A stretch of DNA of 64,000 nucleotides from Sphagnum compactum (lineage: Eukaryota), in NCBI GenBank assembly GCA_965153455.1, contig OZ234494.1, positions 9,920,001 through 9,984,000 on the forward strand. Reading direction: 5' to 3'. This document shows positions 63,867 through 64,000 of the stretch, piece by piece. The translations under genes were made by a program, and so were the position numbers. Each line of letters begins with the position of its first letter. Position 1 is the stretch's first letter. Below the pieces are notes generated by a model. It was not told where the DNA came from, did no database searches, and was given only the letters and a program-made list of their open reading frames with translations.

Positions 63867-64000
63867 CTGACACAGAAATGAGAATATTGATATTCAGCAC
63901 TAGCTGTCTCCCCTGCCCCCACTCAATGTCCCACTCTACAATTTCACAAATAAGGAAGAAGTTCCATCTCCTTTCTCAGAATCAGCCCTAACAAGTGAAC

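Overview
Eukaryotic land-plant genomic DNA with GT-AG introns, CpG-rich gene 5' ends and AT-rich decayed transposon spacers. The gene and repeat style suggests a bryophyte such as Sphagnum, which is inference only. Four apparently intact spliced genes are present: a conserved uncharacterised plant protein (-, 1512-2912), a divergent AP2/ERF factor (-, 16666-18646), an ABCG half-transporter (+, ~45088-49241) and the 3' part of the O-GlcNAc transferase SECRET AGENT (-, 57224 to beyond the window end). Gene relics are a bulb-lectin membrane-protein pseudogene, an orphan first exon of complex I subunit B14.5b, NIF/FCP1-like fragments and an AVT-type amino acid transporter fragment. Transposons are a decayed PIF/Harbinger element, a hAT element with TIRs and an 8-bp TSD, a 383-bp non-autonomous Helitron in a SEC intron, and a young rearranged Helitron complex at 34.3-43.7 kb. 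That complex is the most notable structure. Its Rep/Helicase gene is folded back into an ~820-bp inverted duplication downstream of its own putative promoter, joined by three microhomology template switches. The architecture resembles maize Mu killer, so it may be a hairpin-RNA 'Helitron killer' locus; this is a hypothesis. All alignments were done by eye, with no database searches.
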